DNA from: Candidatus Magasanikbacteria bacterium RIFCSPHIGHO2_02_FULL_48_18
GTDB lineage: Bacteria > Patescibacteriota > Patescibacteriia > Magasanikbacterales > UBA922
Reading direction: 5' to 3'
Assembly: GCA_001784285.1 (NCBI GenBank)
Contig: MFQC01000011.1
Location: forward strand, 67,640 to 131,639
Length of the DNA: 64,000 bases
This document shows positions 11,164-20,982 of this stretch, piece by piece (within the stretch, counting starts at the first letter, position 1; each line of letters begins with the position of its first letter). The position numbers and the translations under genes are program-made. The notes beneath the pieces are model-generated. The model made no database searches and had not been told where the DNA came from. It saw only the letters and a program-made list of their open reading frames with translations.

Positions 11164-11913
11164 ATGTATTTTTTCATTCTTTTCAAAAATCTTGCTATCA
11201 CGCTCTGTCGGGGGTTGGCTCTTCCTATAGTGATGAAACGCATCATGAGAGAAGGCCACGAAGCAGTGCTCCCCCGTGCGACCTATGCTCCGTGGCGCAC
11301 AGATGTTTCTTTTCTTTCATGCTACCAAAAAATAAAATCATTCACATTAGTTGATATCTATCGATGTTACGAATTATGGCAGCTCGTTCAGCAGACAAAA
11401 AAACTTGACGGTGCGCTGATAGAGGTTGGCGTATGGCGTGGTGGTACCGGAGCGATTATCGCGCAGAGAACAAAAGAGATGGGCGACAAAAATCCTGTCT
11501 ACTTGTGCGATACGTTTCAGGGTGTTGTAAAAACAAGCGCGCATGATACATATTACAAGGGGGGCGAATGGAAAAATACCTCTGGACAGATCGTCCAACA
11601 ACTTCTCAGCGGTCTTGGTCTTATAGACAGTGTTCGGATTCTCCAAGGTATATTCCCAGAAGAAACAGGCCACGCCATACAGGAACAAAAAATAAAATTT
11701 TGCCACATTGATGTTGATGTCTATACTTCCGCGAAGGATATAACCACGTGGATATGGGATAAATTAGTAGTGGGAGGAATACTTGTATACGACGACTTTG
11801 GCTTCCCTTCTTGTGATGGTGTAAGAAAACTTGTTCATGAGGAATATGAAAAAAATGACCGGATTATCATCCACAATCTGAATGGACATGCAGTTGTTAT
11901 CAAAATACGTTAA
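11164..11913 (+). CDS. TylF/MycF/NovP-family O-methyltransferase
   Basis: GALIEVGVWRGG, DTFQG, HIDVDVY, VYDDFG. Confidence 0.9.
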   Translation: MYFFILFKNLAITLCRGLALPIVMKRIMREGHEAVLPRATYAPWRTDVSFLSCYQKIKSFTLVDIYRCYELWQLVQQTKKLDGALIEVGVWRGGTGAIIAQRTKEMGDKNPVYLCDTFQGVVKTSAHDTYYKGGEWKNTSGQIVQQLLSGLGLIDSVRILQGIFPEETGHAIQEQKIKFCHIDVDVYTSAKDITTWIWDKLVVGGILVYDDFGFPSCDGVRKLVHEEYEKNDRIIIHNLNGHAVVIKIR

Positions 11914-11926
11914 GCGAATATTTCGT

Positions 11927-12576
11927 ATGCAATTACTTTCAATCATCATACCGGTATTCAACGAAAAAAAACCATTAAAGAACTTATACGCCGTGTGGAA
12001 GAAGTTGACTTCCCACTAGCAAAAAAAGAAATCATCATCGTGGATGATGGATCAACTGATGGAACACTGGAGCTATTAAAACAAGACATAGCACAGACAC
12101 ACACGGTCATTCCCCATATAAAAAATCAAGGAAAAGGAGCGGCGATTAGAAGTGGACTGCGTGCAGCCCATGGCGATTTCTTTATCATTCAAGATGCTGA
12201 CTTAGAATACAATCCAAAAGATATCGTCCCTTTACTTCAGGTGCTTCTGGATGGACCGCATGAAATCGCCTTCGGCTCTCGTGCATTGGGCATGGTTGAT
12301 ACAAAACAATATGAATCGTCCATCTTTTATCTTGGCGGCAAACTAGTGACATGGTGGACAAATTTTCTTTACAAGACGCATCTCACGGACCAGGCAACAT
12401 GTTATAAAATGTTTACTAAAAAAGTTCTCGAATCTATCCACCTCACATGCGCTGGATTTGAATTTTGCGCTGAATTTACTGGCAAAGCTTTAAACGCTCA
12501 ATACACAATCCATGAAGTGCCTATATCCTACAAACCGCGAGGGAAAAAAGATGGCAAAAAAATTAAACTAAAAGAT
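11927..12576 (+). pseudogene. GT2 (polyprenol-phosphate glycosyltransferase-like), frameshifted at an A8 run and 3'-truncated
   Basis: MQLLSIIIPVFNEKK (from 11927) needs a -1 shift at A8 (11964-11971) to continue TIKELIRRVEEVDF...VDDGSTDGT...QDADLEY; similarity to 14651-15349 ends at KIKLKD. Confidence 0.85.
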
Positions 12577-13287
12577 AGCCATACTTGTCCCCCTTTCTTT
12601 CTCTATATACCGCATACGGCTCTTGGGTCGCAATATTGGGGCATTGTGGCCCTTGGACACGCAACGCATAGAGCATTCCTTCAACCATTTGCAGTCCTCC
12701 TTTTTTATTTTCTCTTTACTTTCCGAGACCAAACAAAATACCTAGCCATTGCCTTCTTTGATTTTGGATTGGTCAGCGCGCTCTATCCAACCCAAGCGTA
12801 GTATCTCGTTCTTATCAGCCTTGTTTGTTTTGTATGGTTCTACAAATTTCAGGCCCATGCCTGGAAGAAAGCTTTTCTTTTTGGCGTCAGTTTTGTTGTC
12901 GGGGCTCTTCCTTCCGTGGTGCCCAATCTTACTGTCGGACTCAATATTGATCCGCTGTCATCCTCTCTTGTCGCCAAATTCAACGAAGCGTTGCGTTACC
13001 GATTCAGTTATACTTTTTATCCGGAGAGCCTTTTTATCCATGACCGCTCCCCGCAAGACTTTATTTCTTGGTACGATCGGCTTCGCGCCCAGGAAGAGGC
13101 CTACCAGAAAAATGATTTTATGCTTTTGTCCGGTCTTTCCCATGAACGTCATACGGCTATTGTGATAGAACAAAAAAAATGGAGCGCCCCCATACCCCCA
13201 TCGCTCATATGGCATCAAAATCCAGACTATATCGTGGCCAAACCGGCTCTCCGGAAAGACAACGCCGAGCAGGAACCCGAGAGTTGA
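12575..13287 (+). pseudogene. Decayed paralog of membrane protein 8623-10218
   Basis: Shares GHATHRAFLQPF, LYPTQ, PNLT.GLNIDPL and FNEALRYRFSYTFYP; in-frame TAG at 12799-12801, N-terminus missing, ~185-codon internal deletion near 13045. Confidence 0.85.
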
Positions 13288-13312
13288 GAAAAAAACATAA
13301 TTTGGGTATACT
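13284..13312 (+). promoter_or_regulatory. Sigma70-type promoter for the 13349 onward genes
   Basis: TTGAGA-17 nt-TATACT. Confidence 0.65.
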
Positions 13313-13348
13313 GGAACAGTTCTTATCTTAATAATCCCTCCGCCCTGT

Positions 13349-14287
13349 ATGCTTCACCCTGCCTTTGAAGAAATCGCATGCAATATTTGTGGCCAACAGA
13401 AGACAAAAATTATTTATCCAAGCACCCTGCCCCAAGACTTGTCTCTTGCAGTGACCGAACGTTTTGCTCCCGCAGACCATGCAAAAGGCAACGATCAAAT
13501 CGTGCAATGCCTCAACTGCGGTTTGGCGTACGCAAATCCGCGCATGAAAGCCGACTACATTTGGCAAGGGTATAGCGACGCCGTTGATACGAAGTATGTC
13601 ACTCAGGCGGAAGAGCGAATGAGGACCTTCAAACGGACCATACGCATTATTGAACAATACCAACCACAAAAAGGAAAGCTATTGGACATCGGGTGTGCCG
13701 CCGGTTTTTTTTTGAAGGTGGCAAAAGACGCAGGATGGAATGTCCAAGGCGTTGAACCAAACAAAGGACTCGCAACATTCGGCGCCGCGCGATATGACGT
13801 TCCCATTCTTTCAAAGAATTTCCTCTCGTCCGAACTGGAAGCATCCGCATACGATGTCGTCACTTTTTGGGATGTCCTGGAACATGTTCCGGACCCATCC
13901 GCCTATATCCGTGAATCGCACCGAATCCTCAAACCCGGCGGCTTTCTCTTTTTGAATTTTCCTGATTTTGGTTCGCGTCTTGCTCAATGGAGCGGACAAA
14001 AATGGTGGTTTTTGTCTCCCGTGCATATTTATTACTTTAATCGTCAAACCATCAGCGCGTTGCTCCAAAAAGAAAAATTCGCCGTACAAAAAATCAACAT
14101 GCATTGGCAAACCCTTTCGTTGGGATATCTTTTTGGAAAATTTGCCGATTATAACCGGTTCATTTCAAAAACGGGCGTCGCCCTTTCCAAAATGCTCGGC
14201 ATGTATCGGCTTCCTGTTCGATACTACGCAAGCCAGGCTATGGCAATCGCTCAAAAACCGCATACATCGTATGACAAAACTCATTAA
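13349..14287 (+). CDS. Class I SAM methyltransferase with CxxC/CxxC region (copy B)
   Basis: Collinear paralog of 10250-11158 (RFAPADHAKGNDQIVQC, SGQKWWFLSPVHIYYFNR). Confidence 0.9.
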   Translation: MLHPAFEEIACNICGQQKTKIIYPSTLPQDLSLAVTERFAPADHAKGNDQIVQCLNCGLAYANPRMKADYIWQGYSDAVDTKYVTQAEERMRTFKRTIRIIEQYQPQKGKLLDIGCAAGFFLKVAKDAGWNVQGVEPNKGLATFGAARYDVPILSKNFLSSELEASAYDVVTFWDVLEHVPDPSAYIRESHRILKPGGFLFLNFPDFGSRLAQWSGQKWWFLSPVHIYYFNRQTISALLQKEKFAVQKINMHWQTLSLGYLFGKFADYNRFISKTGVALSKMLGMYRLPVRYYASQAMAIAQKPHTSYDKTH

Positions 14288-14639
14288 TATCGGCATTATC
14301 CTCGTGAATGTTGCCCTGGCCGTGAGCGGCCAGGTTGCTATTAAAATAGGGATGAAGCAGATCGGCTATATCACCTCAGGAAATACCCTCTCTCTTATTC
14401 TGAAATCATTTTCCAATTGGTATGTTCTTTTTGGACTGGGAGCGTACGCGTTGGCCGCAGTGACATGGATTGTCGTACTCTCCCGGGTGGAGCTGAGTTA
14501 TGCCTATCCTCTGTTGAGTCTGGGATATGTCGCTATTGTGCTTATATCCATACTCTTTCTCAAAGAACCGCTCAGCATTTTTCGTCTTCTCGGCACCGCC
14601 CTCATTATTGCCGGGGTGGTTCTTATTTTCAAAAGCTGA
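14271..14639 (+). CDS. EamA/SMR-type small membrane protein (ArnE/ArnF-like flippase)
   Basis: Four TM helices; WIVVLSRVELSYAYPLLSLGY and LFLKEPLS. Confidence 0.85.
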   Translation: MTKLINIGIILVNVALAVSGQVAIKIGMKQIGYITSGNTLSLILKSFSNWYVLFGLGAYALAAVTWIVVLSRVELSYAYPLLSLGYVAIVLISILFLKEPLSIFRLLGTALIIAGVVLIFKS

Positions 14640-14650
14640 GCCATGATGGT

Positions 14651-15349
14651 ATGCCAACACTCTCCATTATTATACCGGTATACAACGAACGGCACACGAT
14701 CCTTCCCCTTCTCAAACGGGTTGAATCGGTTGATTTCAAAGATGTGCGCAAAGAAATTATTATCGTGGATGACGGTTCCACAGACGGCACCACAGAACTC
14801 CTCCAGCAACATATTGTGCCAAGACACATAGTGCTTTTTCATGAAAACAATAAGGGCAAAGGGACGGCAATCCGGACAGGGTTGAAAAAAGCGACCGGGG
14901 ATTTCCTTGTGGTCCAGGATGCGGATCTTGAATATGAGCCGCATGATCTTCTTTTCCTCCTTGCGGCCATGGAAGAAAAACAACACCCCGTCGTTTTTGG
15001 ATCGCGAGCGCTCGGTAAAAACAAAACATATTCGTCGTATATCTTTCATATAGGGGGAAAAATGGTCACGTGGTGGACAAATGTTCTGTTTGGCACATCG
15101 CTGACCGATGAAGCAACATGCTATAAAATGTTTACCAGACCCGTCCTCAATGCCATCACGCTTACTTGCACGGGATTTGAATTTTGTCCGGAATTCACCG
15201 CAAAAGTACTGAATGCCGGATATGCCATCCACGAAGTGCCAATTTCGTATATGCCTCGAGGAAAAAAAGAAGGAAAAAAAATAAAAGTCAAGGATGGACT
15301 CACCGCATTCTGGACGCTTCTTACATTGCGGCTCACGCGCACGATATGA
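14651..15349 (+). CDS. Glycosyltransferase family 2 (polyprenol-phosphate glycosyltransferase-like)
   Basis: LSIIIPVYNE, VDDGSTDGT, GKG, QDADLEY, VFGSR, EVPISY. Confidence 0.9.
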   Translation: MPTLSIIIPVYNERHTILPLLKRVESVDFKDVRKEIIIVDDGSTDGTTELLQQHIVPRHIVLFHENNKGKGTAIRTGLKKATGDFLVVQDADLEYEPHDLLFLLAAMEEKQHPVVFGSRALGKNKTYSSYIFHIGGKMVTWWTNVLFGTSLTDEATCYKMFTRPVLNAITLTCTGFEFCPEFTAKVLNAGYAIHEVPISYMPRGKKEGKKIKVKDGLTAFWTLLTLRLTRTI

Positions 15350-16791
15350 TCTCACCAACGTTTGACACACCCTCATTTGCAAAGCAAACCGGAAGCGCCG
15401 CTATTTTTGGCGCCGGCCCGACAGGGCTTTCCACGGCATGGCGACTGGCAAAACATGGATGGAAAGTGACGCTCATAGAAAAAGAAAAAGAACTCGGCGG
15501 CCATGGCGGGACGCATACCATTCACGGCTATGACGTGGATAACGGACCCCACAAATTGTACCCCCAAGTTCCTTGCGCCAAACCATTTATTGATCATTTT
15601 GTCGGAAAAGATTTGCTGACCATGTCAAAAAAAAGCAGTGTCTATGTGCGGGAAACGTATATTCCTTTTCCTTTTGGATTGGGCGATTTATTCCATGGAC
15701 TCGGCCTTATGACCGGCCTTCGATGCGGAATAGGATATGGCCTGGGAAAAATAGAACGTGTATTTCGCGGAAGCCCATCCACATATACTGACTTTGTCAT
15801 TGCCCAGTATGGCCGGTACGCGCATGAATTGGTATTTCGGCAAGTGGCAGAAAAACTGTGGGGGGATCCCGACACGCTCCACGTCCAACTTGCAAAAACA
15901 CGCATCATTGCGCCAAACGTGTGGGAACTCATCGGCCAATTGCTTTTTAGGACGCGAAATAAGCCCAAATTGAGCGCTGACGAATTTTATTATCCACGGC
16001 ATGGATTGCGCCAACTATGGGAATCGGTGGGAACAGAAATCGAAACGCATGGAGGAACCATTATTCGAGAAACAAAGCCAACCCATATACTATCCAACAA
16101 AACTGGAGGATTTGAGGTAACATACCAAGGAAACGACACAGAACACACAATACAGTCGGATGTGATTATTTCGACAATTCCACTCAAGGCCGCTCTTCAT
16201 CTTTTGGATCCTGCCCCCCCTTCTCAAATCACGGACGCCATGAACCATCTCGCCTACAGTTCTCTCCTGGTTGTCTACCTCGTGGTTGACACCCCGCGGC
16301 TTCTGCCCGTCAATTGGATTTTTTTTCCAGAAAAAAATCTCCACTTTGCTCGGCTTTCAGAACAAAAAGGATTCAGCGAAACCATGGTGCCAAAAGATAA
16401 AACGGTCCTCATGGTTGAAATTCCGCTCGCCAGGCCCGCCATTGCCTCCATGGACCGCGAATGCCTCATTGCTGAAGCCATCGAGCAATTGCGCCGTGTC
16501 GGCATTCTCAAACCAATTCACCATATTGTGGATATGTTTACAGGATATAATGATTCGATTTATCCGATTTATGATACACAGTCTCTCGGCCGTCTGGAGA
16601 CGATTCTTTCATGGACAGACAACATACCAAATTTCTATCTCAATGGACGGCTGGGGTTGTTCTGCTACAATAATATGGACCATAGCATGGAAATGGGGTT
16701 AGCTCTTGGCGACCATATCGCCTCGCAACAACCCGCTCCTGCCTGGATACAAACGAGAAAAAGCTTCTACGACTATAAAATAGTCGACTAA
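15346..16791 (+). CDS. FAD-dependent oxidoreductase (UDP-galactopyranose mutase/HemY-like)
   Basis: GAGPTGLSTA dinucleotide motif, ELGG, DNGPH, C-terminal GRLGLFCYNNMDH. Confidence 0.8.
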   Translation: MISPTFDTPSFAKQTGSAAIFGAGPTGLSTAWRLAKHGWKVTLIEKEKELGGHGGTHTIHGYDVDNGPHKLYPQVPCAKPFIDHFVGKDLLTMSKKSSVYVRETYIPFPFGLGDLFHGLGLMTGLRCGIGYGLGKIERVFRGSPSTYTDFVIAQYGRYAHELVFRQVAEKLWGDPDTLHVQLAKTRIIAPNVWELIGQLLFRTRNKPKLSADEFYYPRHGLRQLWESVGTEIETHGGTIIRETKPTHILSNKTGGFEVTYQGNDTEHTIQSDVIISTIPLKAALHLLDPAPPSQITDAMNHLAYSSLLVVYLVVDTPRLLPVNWIFFPEKNLHFARLSEQKGFSETMVPKDKTVLMVEIPLARPAIASMDRECLIAEAIEQLRRVGILKPIHHIVDMFTGYNDSIYPIYDTQSLGRLETILSWTDNIPNFYLNGRLGLFCYNNMDHSMEMGLALGDHIASQQPAPAWIQTRKSFYDYKIVD

Positions 16792-16819
16792 TCTCAAATG
16801 GTGTACGAGTGATCTCCCT

Positions 16820-17944
16820 ATGCGTCCCATTATTTGTTTTACATCCTTTGCCGCCTACCCCCTGTTTCATCCGGAATATGTCGCGCCGCATGGGGGCGCA
16901 GAGGTGGAGCTTTTTTTTCTTGCAAAAAAATTCGCGGAGAAAAAAAATACGGTGCATATGGTTGTCGGCGATCTGGGACAGCCAAAAATAGAAACAGTAG
17001 AAAACGTCCGCCTTTGGCGAGGGATCCCCATACAGCAATCCACTGTACTTTTCGGTATCATGCGAACGCTGTCTCTCTTCCGAACATGGAAAGACATAAA
17101 CGCGGATATATACCTGGTAAAGGGCGCCGGGTGGATAACGTTCCAATTAGCTCTCTTTTGTACGCTCTACAAAAAAAAATATATTATGAAAACATCGCAT
17201 AAAAAAAATATAGACCTCTCGCTGAAGAAAAAGCCGTACCATGCTTTTTATCGCTGGGCGCTCACGCGCGCGGACGCGGTCATCGTTCAAAATAAAGAAG
17301 ACATCGGCATCATACAACAAAATTATCATATCGCCGCAAAAGTCATCAAAAATTATCATCCCATTCCTCCGCCAAGAAAACCGGCGTCTCCGGGGACGCC
17401 CCTCATGCTTGTCTGGGTCGGCAGGATAACCTCCATCAAACGCCCGCATCTTTTTCTCGATTTGGCCAAAAAATTTCCCGAGCATGTGTTCCGTATGATT
17501 GGATTTATTTCCGACACCGCTTTATGGCAAAAAATAAAAAAAGAATCCGAACGCATACCCAATCTTACTATTATAACAAACGAGCCGCATCATAAAATGG
17601 ATCAACACTACCAACAAGCAAGTCTGCTCGTCAGCACATCTTCTCTCGAAGGATTCCCAAATACGTTTATTGAAGCTATGAAATGGGGCGTGCCGATAGC
17701 TTCTTTGTCTGTCAACCCGGACCAATGCATTACCAAACATGCTCTTGGCATTGTCGGAAATGATGACCTTGAATACTTCGCAAATCAGCTCAAAACATTG
17801 ATTGAAAACCCAAAAATGATACATCAATACGGCAAAAACGCATATCACTACGCATCAAAAGAATTTGGAGAAAACATTATTCACCAATGGAATGATCTCT
17901 TTGGCGCGACCACCAAAAATTATCCCACGGTTCATACAATATAA
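16820..17944 (+). CDS. Glycosyltransferase family 4
   Basis: GGAEV, WVGRITSIKR, EGFPNTFIEAM. Confidence 0.9.
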   Translation: MRPIICFTSFAAYPLFHPEYVAPHGGAEVELFFLAKKFAEKKNTVHMVVGDLGQPKIETVENVRLWRGIPIQQSTVLFGIMRTLSLFRTWKDINADIYLVKGAGWITFQLALFCTLYKKKYIMKTSHKKNIDLSLKKKPYHAFYRWALTRADAVIVQNKEDIGIIQQNYHIAAKVIKNYHPIPPPRKPASPGTPLMLVWVGRITSIKRPHLFLDLAKKFPEHVFRMIGFISDTALWQKIKKESERIPNLTIITNEPHHKMDQHYQQASLLVSTSSLEGFPNTFIEAMKWGVPIASLSVNPDQCITKHALGIVGNDDLEYFANQLKTLIENPKMIHQYGKNAYHYASKEFGENIIHQWNDLFGATTKNYPTVHTI

Positions 17945-17969
17945 CTATTCTTATCTTGTGAGCATCTCT

Positions 17970-18698
17970 ATGAGTTGGTATACTGCCCGGCTTCATCCAA
18001 AAATATATGAGCCGTCCTATTTAACTCGAAAACAAATCAAAAATGCGATCCAAAAATTTATCCATACAGAAATTGGATCAAAAAAGGAATATACCATTGT
18101 CGACCTTGGTTGCGGTGACGCCCCGTACAAATCCTTATTTCACAACTATGCAAAATACATTGGCGTGGATATTGAAGCGTATACGGACGTCGACATAGTC
18201 GCAAAAATGTGGGACATTCCTCTTCCGGACAATTCCGTCGATTTTTTGTTAAGCACCGAGGTAATAGAGCATTCGGAAAAACCAAAAGAAACTATCGCGG
18301 AAATATGCAGAATTTTGAAACCAGGCGGCAAAGCGCTTCTGACCATTCCATTTCTCTACCCCCTGCATGGCAGTGACGACCGATGGCGCTTTACCATCCA
18401 TGGACTTTCTCAACTCATGGGGGAAGAAAAAAAACATACATGTTCAATACGGCCCTCAAATGGATTCTTTATAACCTATGGCCAGCTCTTCAATGTGCTC
18501 CTCATGCATATTCCTTTTGGAAGATATTTTTATCCGATTTCTTTTCCCATAAATTGTGTCTCCCTTGCGAGTGACTGGCTTTTCAAACAAAGCGTGTTCA
18601 TCATGAGACCGTTTGTAACCAAAGAACAATTCTCTCAAATACGAAAAAGCCTTCTTGAATCGTTCCCGATTCGTTATATCGTCACCATAACCAAATAA
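17970..18698 (+). CDS. Class I SAM methyltransferase (type 11-like)
   Basis: VDLGCGDAPY, TEVIEH, RILKPGG, DRWRFT. Confidence 0.85.
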   Translation: MSWYTARLHPKIYEPSYLTRKQIKNAIQKFIHTEIGSKKEYTIVDLGCGDAPYKSLFHNYAKYIGVDIEAYTDVDIVAKMWDIPLPDNSVDFLLSTEVIEHSEKPKETIAEICRILKPGGKALLTIPFLYPLHGSDDRWRFTIHGLSQLMGEEKKHTCSIRPSNGFFITYGQLFNVLLMHIPFGRYFYPISFPINCVSLASDWLFKQSVFIMRPFVTKEQFSQIRKSLLESFPIRYIVTITK

Positions 18699-18708
18699 AG
18701 GCAAGCCT

Positions 18709-19500
18709 TCATTTCTTTTTTCCAATAAACAGAAGATACGGAGATGTATATTTGTTTTCCCATCGGTGGCATCGAACCAGAAAAAAATTGCCCAACGATT
18801 GGCATGCCTGGAGTATGGTCAGGAAAATTCGCTTCCATCGTCCGTCTGCCTGGAGCATACCCAGATTGAAAACGCCGTAATACCCGCAGAATACCGGCTC
18901 AATGTCCGGACGGACAAAAAGCCTCGAAAAATGCGGGAGCGACATAATGGAAAGATTGTGTATATCCAAAAGACGGGGCGCAAAAAACTTCAACAGCGGC
19001 GTGTAGATGCCCCGAAGATTCGGGATCATCACAAGAAGAAATCCGTCCTTTTTCAGAAATGCCACATGCGCATCAATAACCGGCTCAAGATCGTTGAAAT
19101 GTTCAATAAAACCAAACGACATAACGACGTCAAATGTGTTGCTAAGCCGTGCTTGGAAACCCTTGTCAAAGACATCGGAAAAAAAGATGTGGTCTTCAGA
19201 GAAGCCTAACGCACGAATAATTTTTTGAGCCGTCGCCACTCCTTGCTGGGTATATTCCACTCCATATGGAATTGCAGAGTAGCGTTCGGCAAAACGAGCC
19301 AATTTTCTTCCGGGGGCGCACCCTATTTCAAAAACACGCCGTTTTGGCGTACCCAAAAAAAATTGATCACAAATCTGTTGAAAAATGGCATCCGCGGCAG
19401 AAGTGCGTTTAAAAAAACCGCGTTCTCTATGCCGTTCCTTATTAATATCCGCCCAATGGGCTTCCATTGAATCCGTATCAATTGGATTGTGTATCTTCAT
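18709..19500 (-). CDS. Class I SAM methyltransferase
   Basis: FEIGCAPG, DVVMSFGFIEHF, IPNL; ATG at 19500. Confidence 0.85.
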   Translation of the reverse strand: MKIHNPIDTDSMEAHWADINKERHRERGFFKRTSAADAIFQQICDQFFLGTPKRRVFEIGCAPGRKLARFAERYSAIPYGVEYTQQGVATAQKIIRALGFSEDHIFFSDVFDKGFQARLSNTFDVVMSFGFIEHFNDLEPVIDAHVAFLKKDGFLLVMIPNLRGIYTPLLKFFAPRLLDIHNLSIMSLPHFSRLFVRPDIEPVFCGYYGVFNLGMLQADGRWKRIFLTILQACQSLGNFFLVRCHRWENKYTSPYLLFIGKKK

Positions 19501-20797
19501 ACCGATAAAGAAAAATATTGACAATTTTGTATACCAAAAAAAGCACGAATGACACCAAGACGGTTGCGATGACAGAGCCGGTCACCCCATACCATGTGGA
19601 AAAAGCATACATGCACGCAACGTTGATTGCCCCGATACAAAATGTTATAGCCGTGGTAAACACGATTCCTTTTTTTCCTTCCGCGGCGACAATCCAAATA
19701 TCAATGAGATAAAACAAATTCAATATTGCGGCGAGACTAAACAAAAGAAGCCAATCCCATCGAAAAAGATACTCTTTCCCGAAAAGATAAAGAAAAAAAT
19801 AACCAAAAGCAACAATGCCGCCAAACAGCGGTACTGCCAAAACTTTGTTGAGTGTATTTATTTTTCGCACAATGTCTCGTTTTTTGGGCATGCGAGAAAC
19901 CATGGGGAAAAAAACATTATTAAATATGGTCAAAAATTGAGAGGCGAAGGTAAATGTCGCGGTATAATACGCCATGTACAACCCAACGGAAGATGCGCCA
20001 ACCGCATACGATACAATAATCCGATTGATATTTAAAAACAAAAAACCGGCAACACCGCCCAATGCCGCAAAAAAAGAATAAAAAATAATTTTTTTCAAAA
20101 TGCGAAAAGAAAAACGGCCAAAGGAAGAAAAAAAGGGAAAAAAAACCAAAAGACAAAATACCGCCAAACCGATGCTCAGACTTATGCTATACACAAAAAA
20201 AGAACGTATGTGAAAGAAAAAAAGGGAAAAAGTAATTACAGAAAATACCACTATGGCCTCACCGACGCGAGCGACAAGTTGTAATGTAAACCGGCGAAAA
20301 CCGCGTGTAAAGCCGTCAAAGACATTTTTCAACGCAAGCGGGATGGCATAGACAAAACCAAAAAAGAGAATTAACGGATCCACCTGAAGAAATACCGAGA
20401 GCGGCCGATAAAAAAAGAAAAAAAGAACACACACAGGCACAAGAGAGGCCAACGTGCTCGTCAATACAACGGTCATGATGCGCCCTTTTTCTTTTTCATC
20501 CCCTTCGTTTGCGATATATCGCACTGCCGCGGTATTAAAGCCGGGCGCCATCAAAAAAAGAAACAGATACCCGTAGCTCACAGCCAATCCTGCCTTGCCA
20601 TATTCGGCAGGACCGAGCATCCTCCCCATAAGAATACTCGTTCCAAACAAAAAAATGCCCGCAAGTCCGTTGCCGAGCGCAGACACAAAAATATCTTTGA
20701 AAAAAACAATTTTTGTCTCCCCTACTCTTTTTTTAAAGATGAAAAAATAGAAAAAATCAAGAAACCCAATCATTTTTTTTTCAAGAGAACGGAGCAT
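19478..20797 (-). CDS. wzx: Oligosaccharide flippase (Wzx-like)
   Basis: RMLGPAEYG, VGLYMAY, VFFPMVS, LFGKEY and ~12 TM segments; start uncertain (20797 or 20773). Confidence 0.8.
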   Translation of the reverse strand: MLRSLEKKMIGFLDFFYFFIFKKRVGETKIVFFKDIFVSALGNGLAGIFLFGTSILMGRMLGPAEYGKAGLAVSYGYLFLFLMAPGFNTAAVRYIANEGDEKEKGRIMTVVLTSTLASLVPVCVLFFFFYRPLSVFLQVDPLILFFGFVYAIPLALKNVFDGFTRGFRRFTLQLVARVGEAIVVFSVITFSLFFFHIRSFFVYSISLSIGLAVFCLLVFFPFFSSFGRFSFRILKKIIFYSFFAALGGVAGFLFLNINRIIVSYAVGASSVGLYMAYYTATFTFASQFLTIFNNVFFPMVSRMPKKRDIVRKINTLNKVLAVPLFGGIVAFGYFFLYLFGKEYLFRWDWLLLFSLAAILNLFYLIDIWIVAAEGKKGIVFTTAITFCIGAINVACMYAFSTWYGVTGSVIATVLVSFVLFLVYKIVNIFLYRYEDTQSN

Positions 20798-20858
20798 ACC
20801 ACAACGCCATTTTGATTGAGAAGAGATGAACAAATACGCTTATCCACACGGTATCCGC

Positions 20859-20969
20859 ATGGAGCCCCACCCCGCTCAGCGGGGTGGTACCAGTTGTCAC
20901 CGCCCGGTGGGGCGGAATCCGCCTACCCACCAACTCCACGGCTAAAGCCGTGGTATCATTTGGCGGATG
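20859..20969. repeat. ~110-bp triple-hairpin dispersed repeat, copy 1 (IS200/IS605-end-like)
   Basis: Near-identical to 34163-34272; hairpins CCACCCCGC-TCA-GCGGGGTGG, CCGCCC-GGTG-GGGCGG, CCACGGC-TAAA-GCCGTGG. Confidence 0.9.
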
Positions 20970-20982
20970 GAAAAGCACAAAA

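Noticed and set aside
12799..12801. In-frame TAG as possible recoding or readthrough
   Set aside because: Lies in a fragment with other lesions; TAG, TGA and TAA all end intact genes in this window, consistent with code 11
14504..15382. 292-aa minus-strand ORF
   Set aside because: Antisense to a clear GT2 gene
19500..20800. Long A/T runs in wzx as phase-variable tracts
   Set aside because: The frame is intact and the runs are explained by Phe- and Lys-rich codons
20781..20978. ORFs starting MFHPPNDTT here and at 33913-34278
   Set aside because: Similarity comes from translating the palindromic repeat, not from a gene
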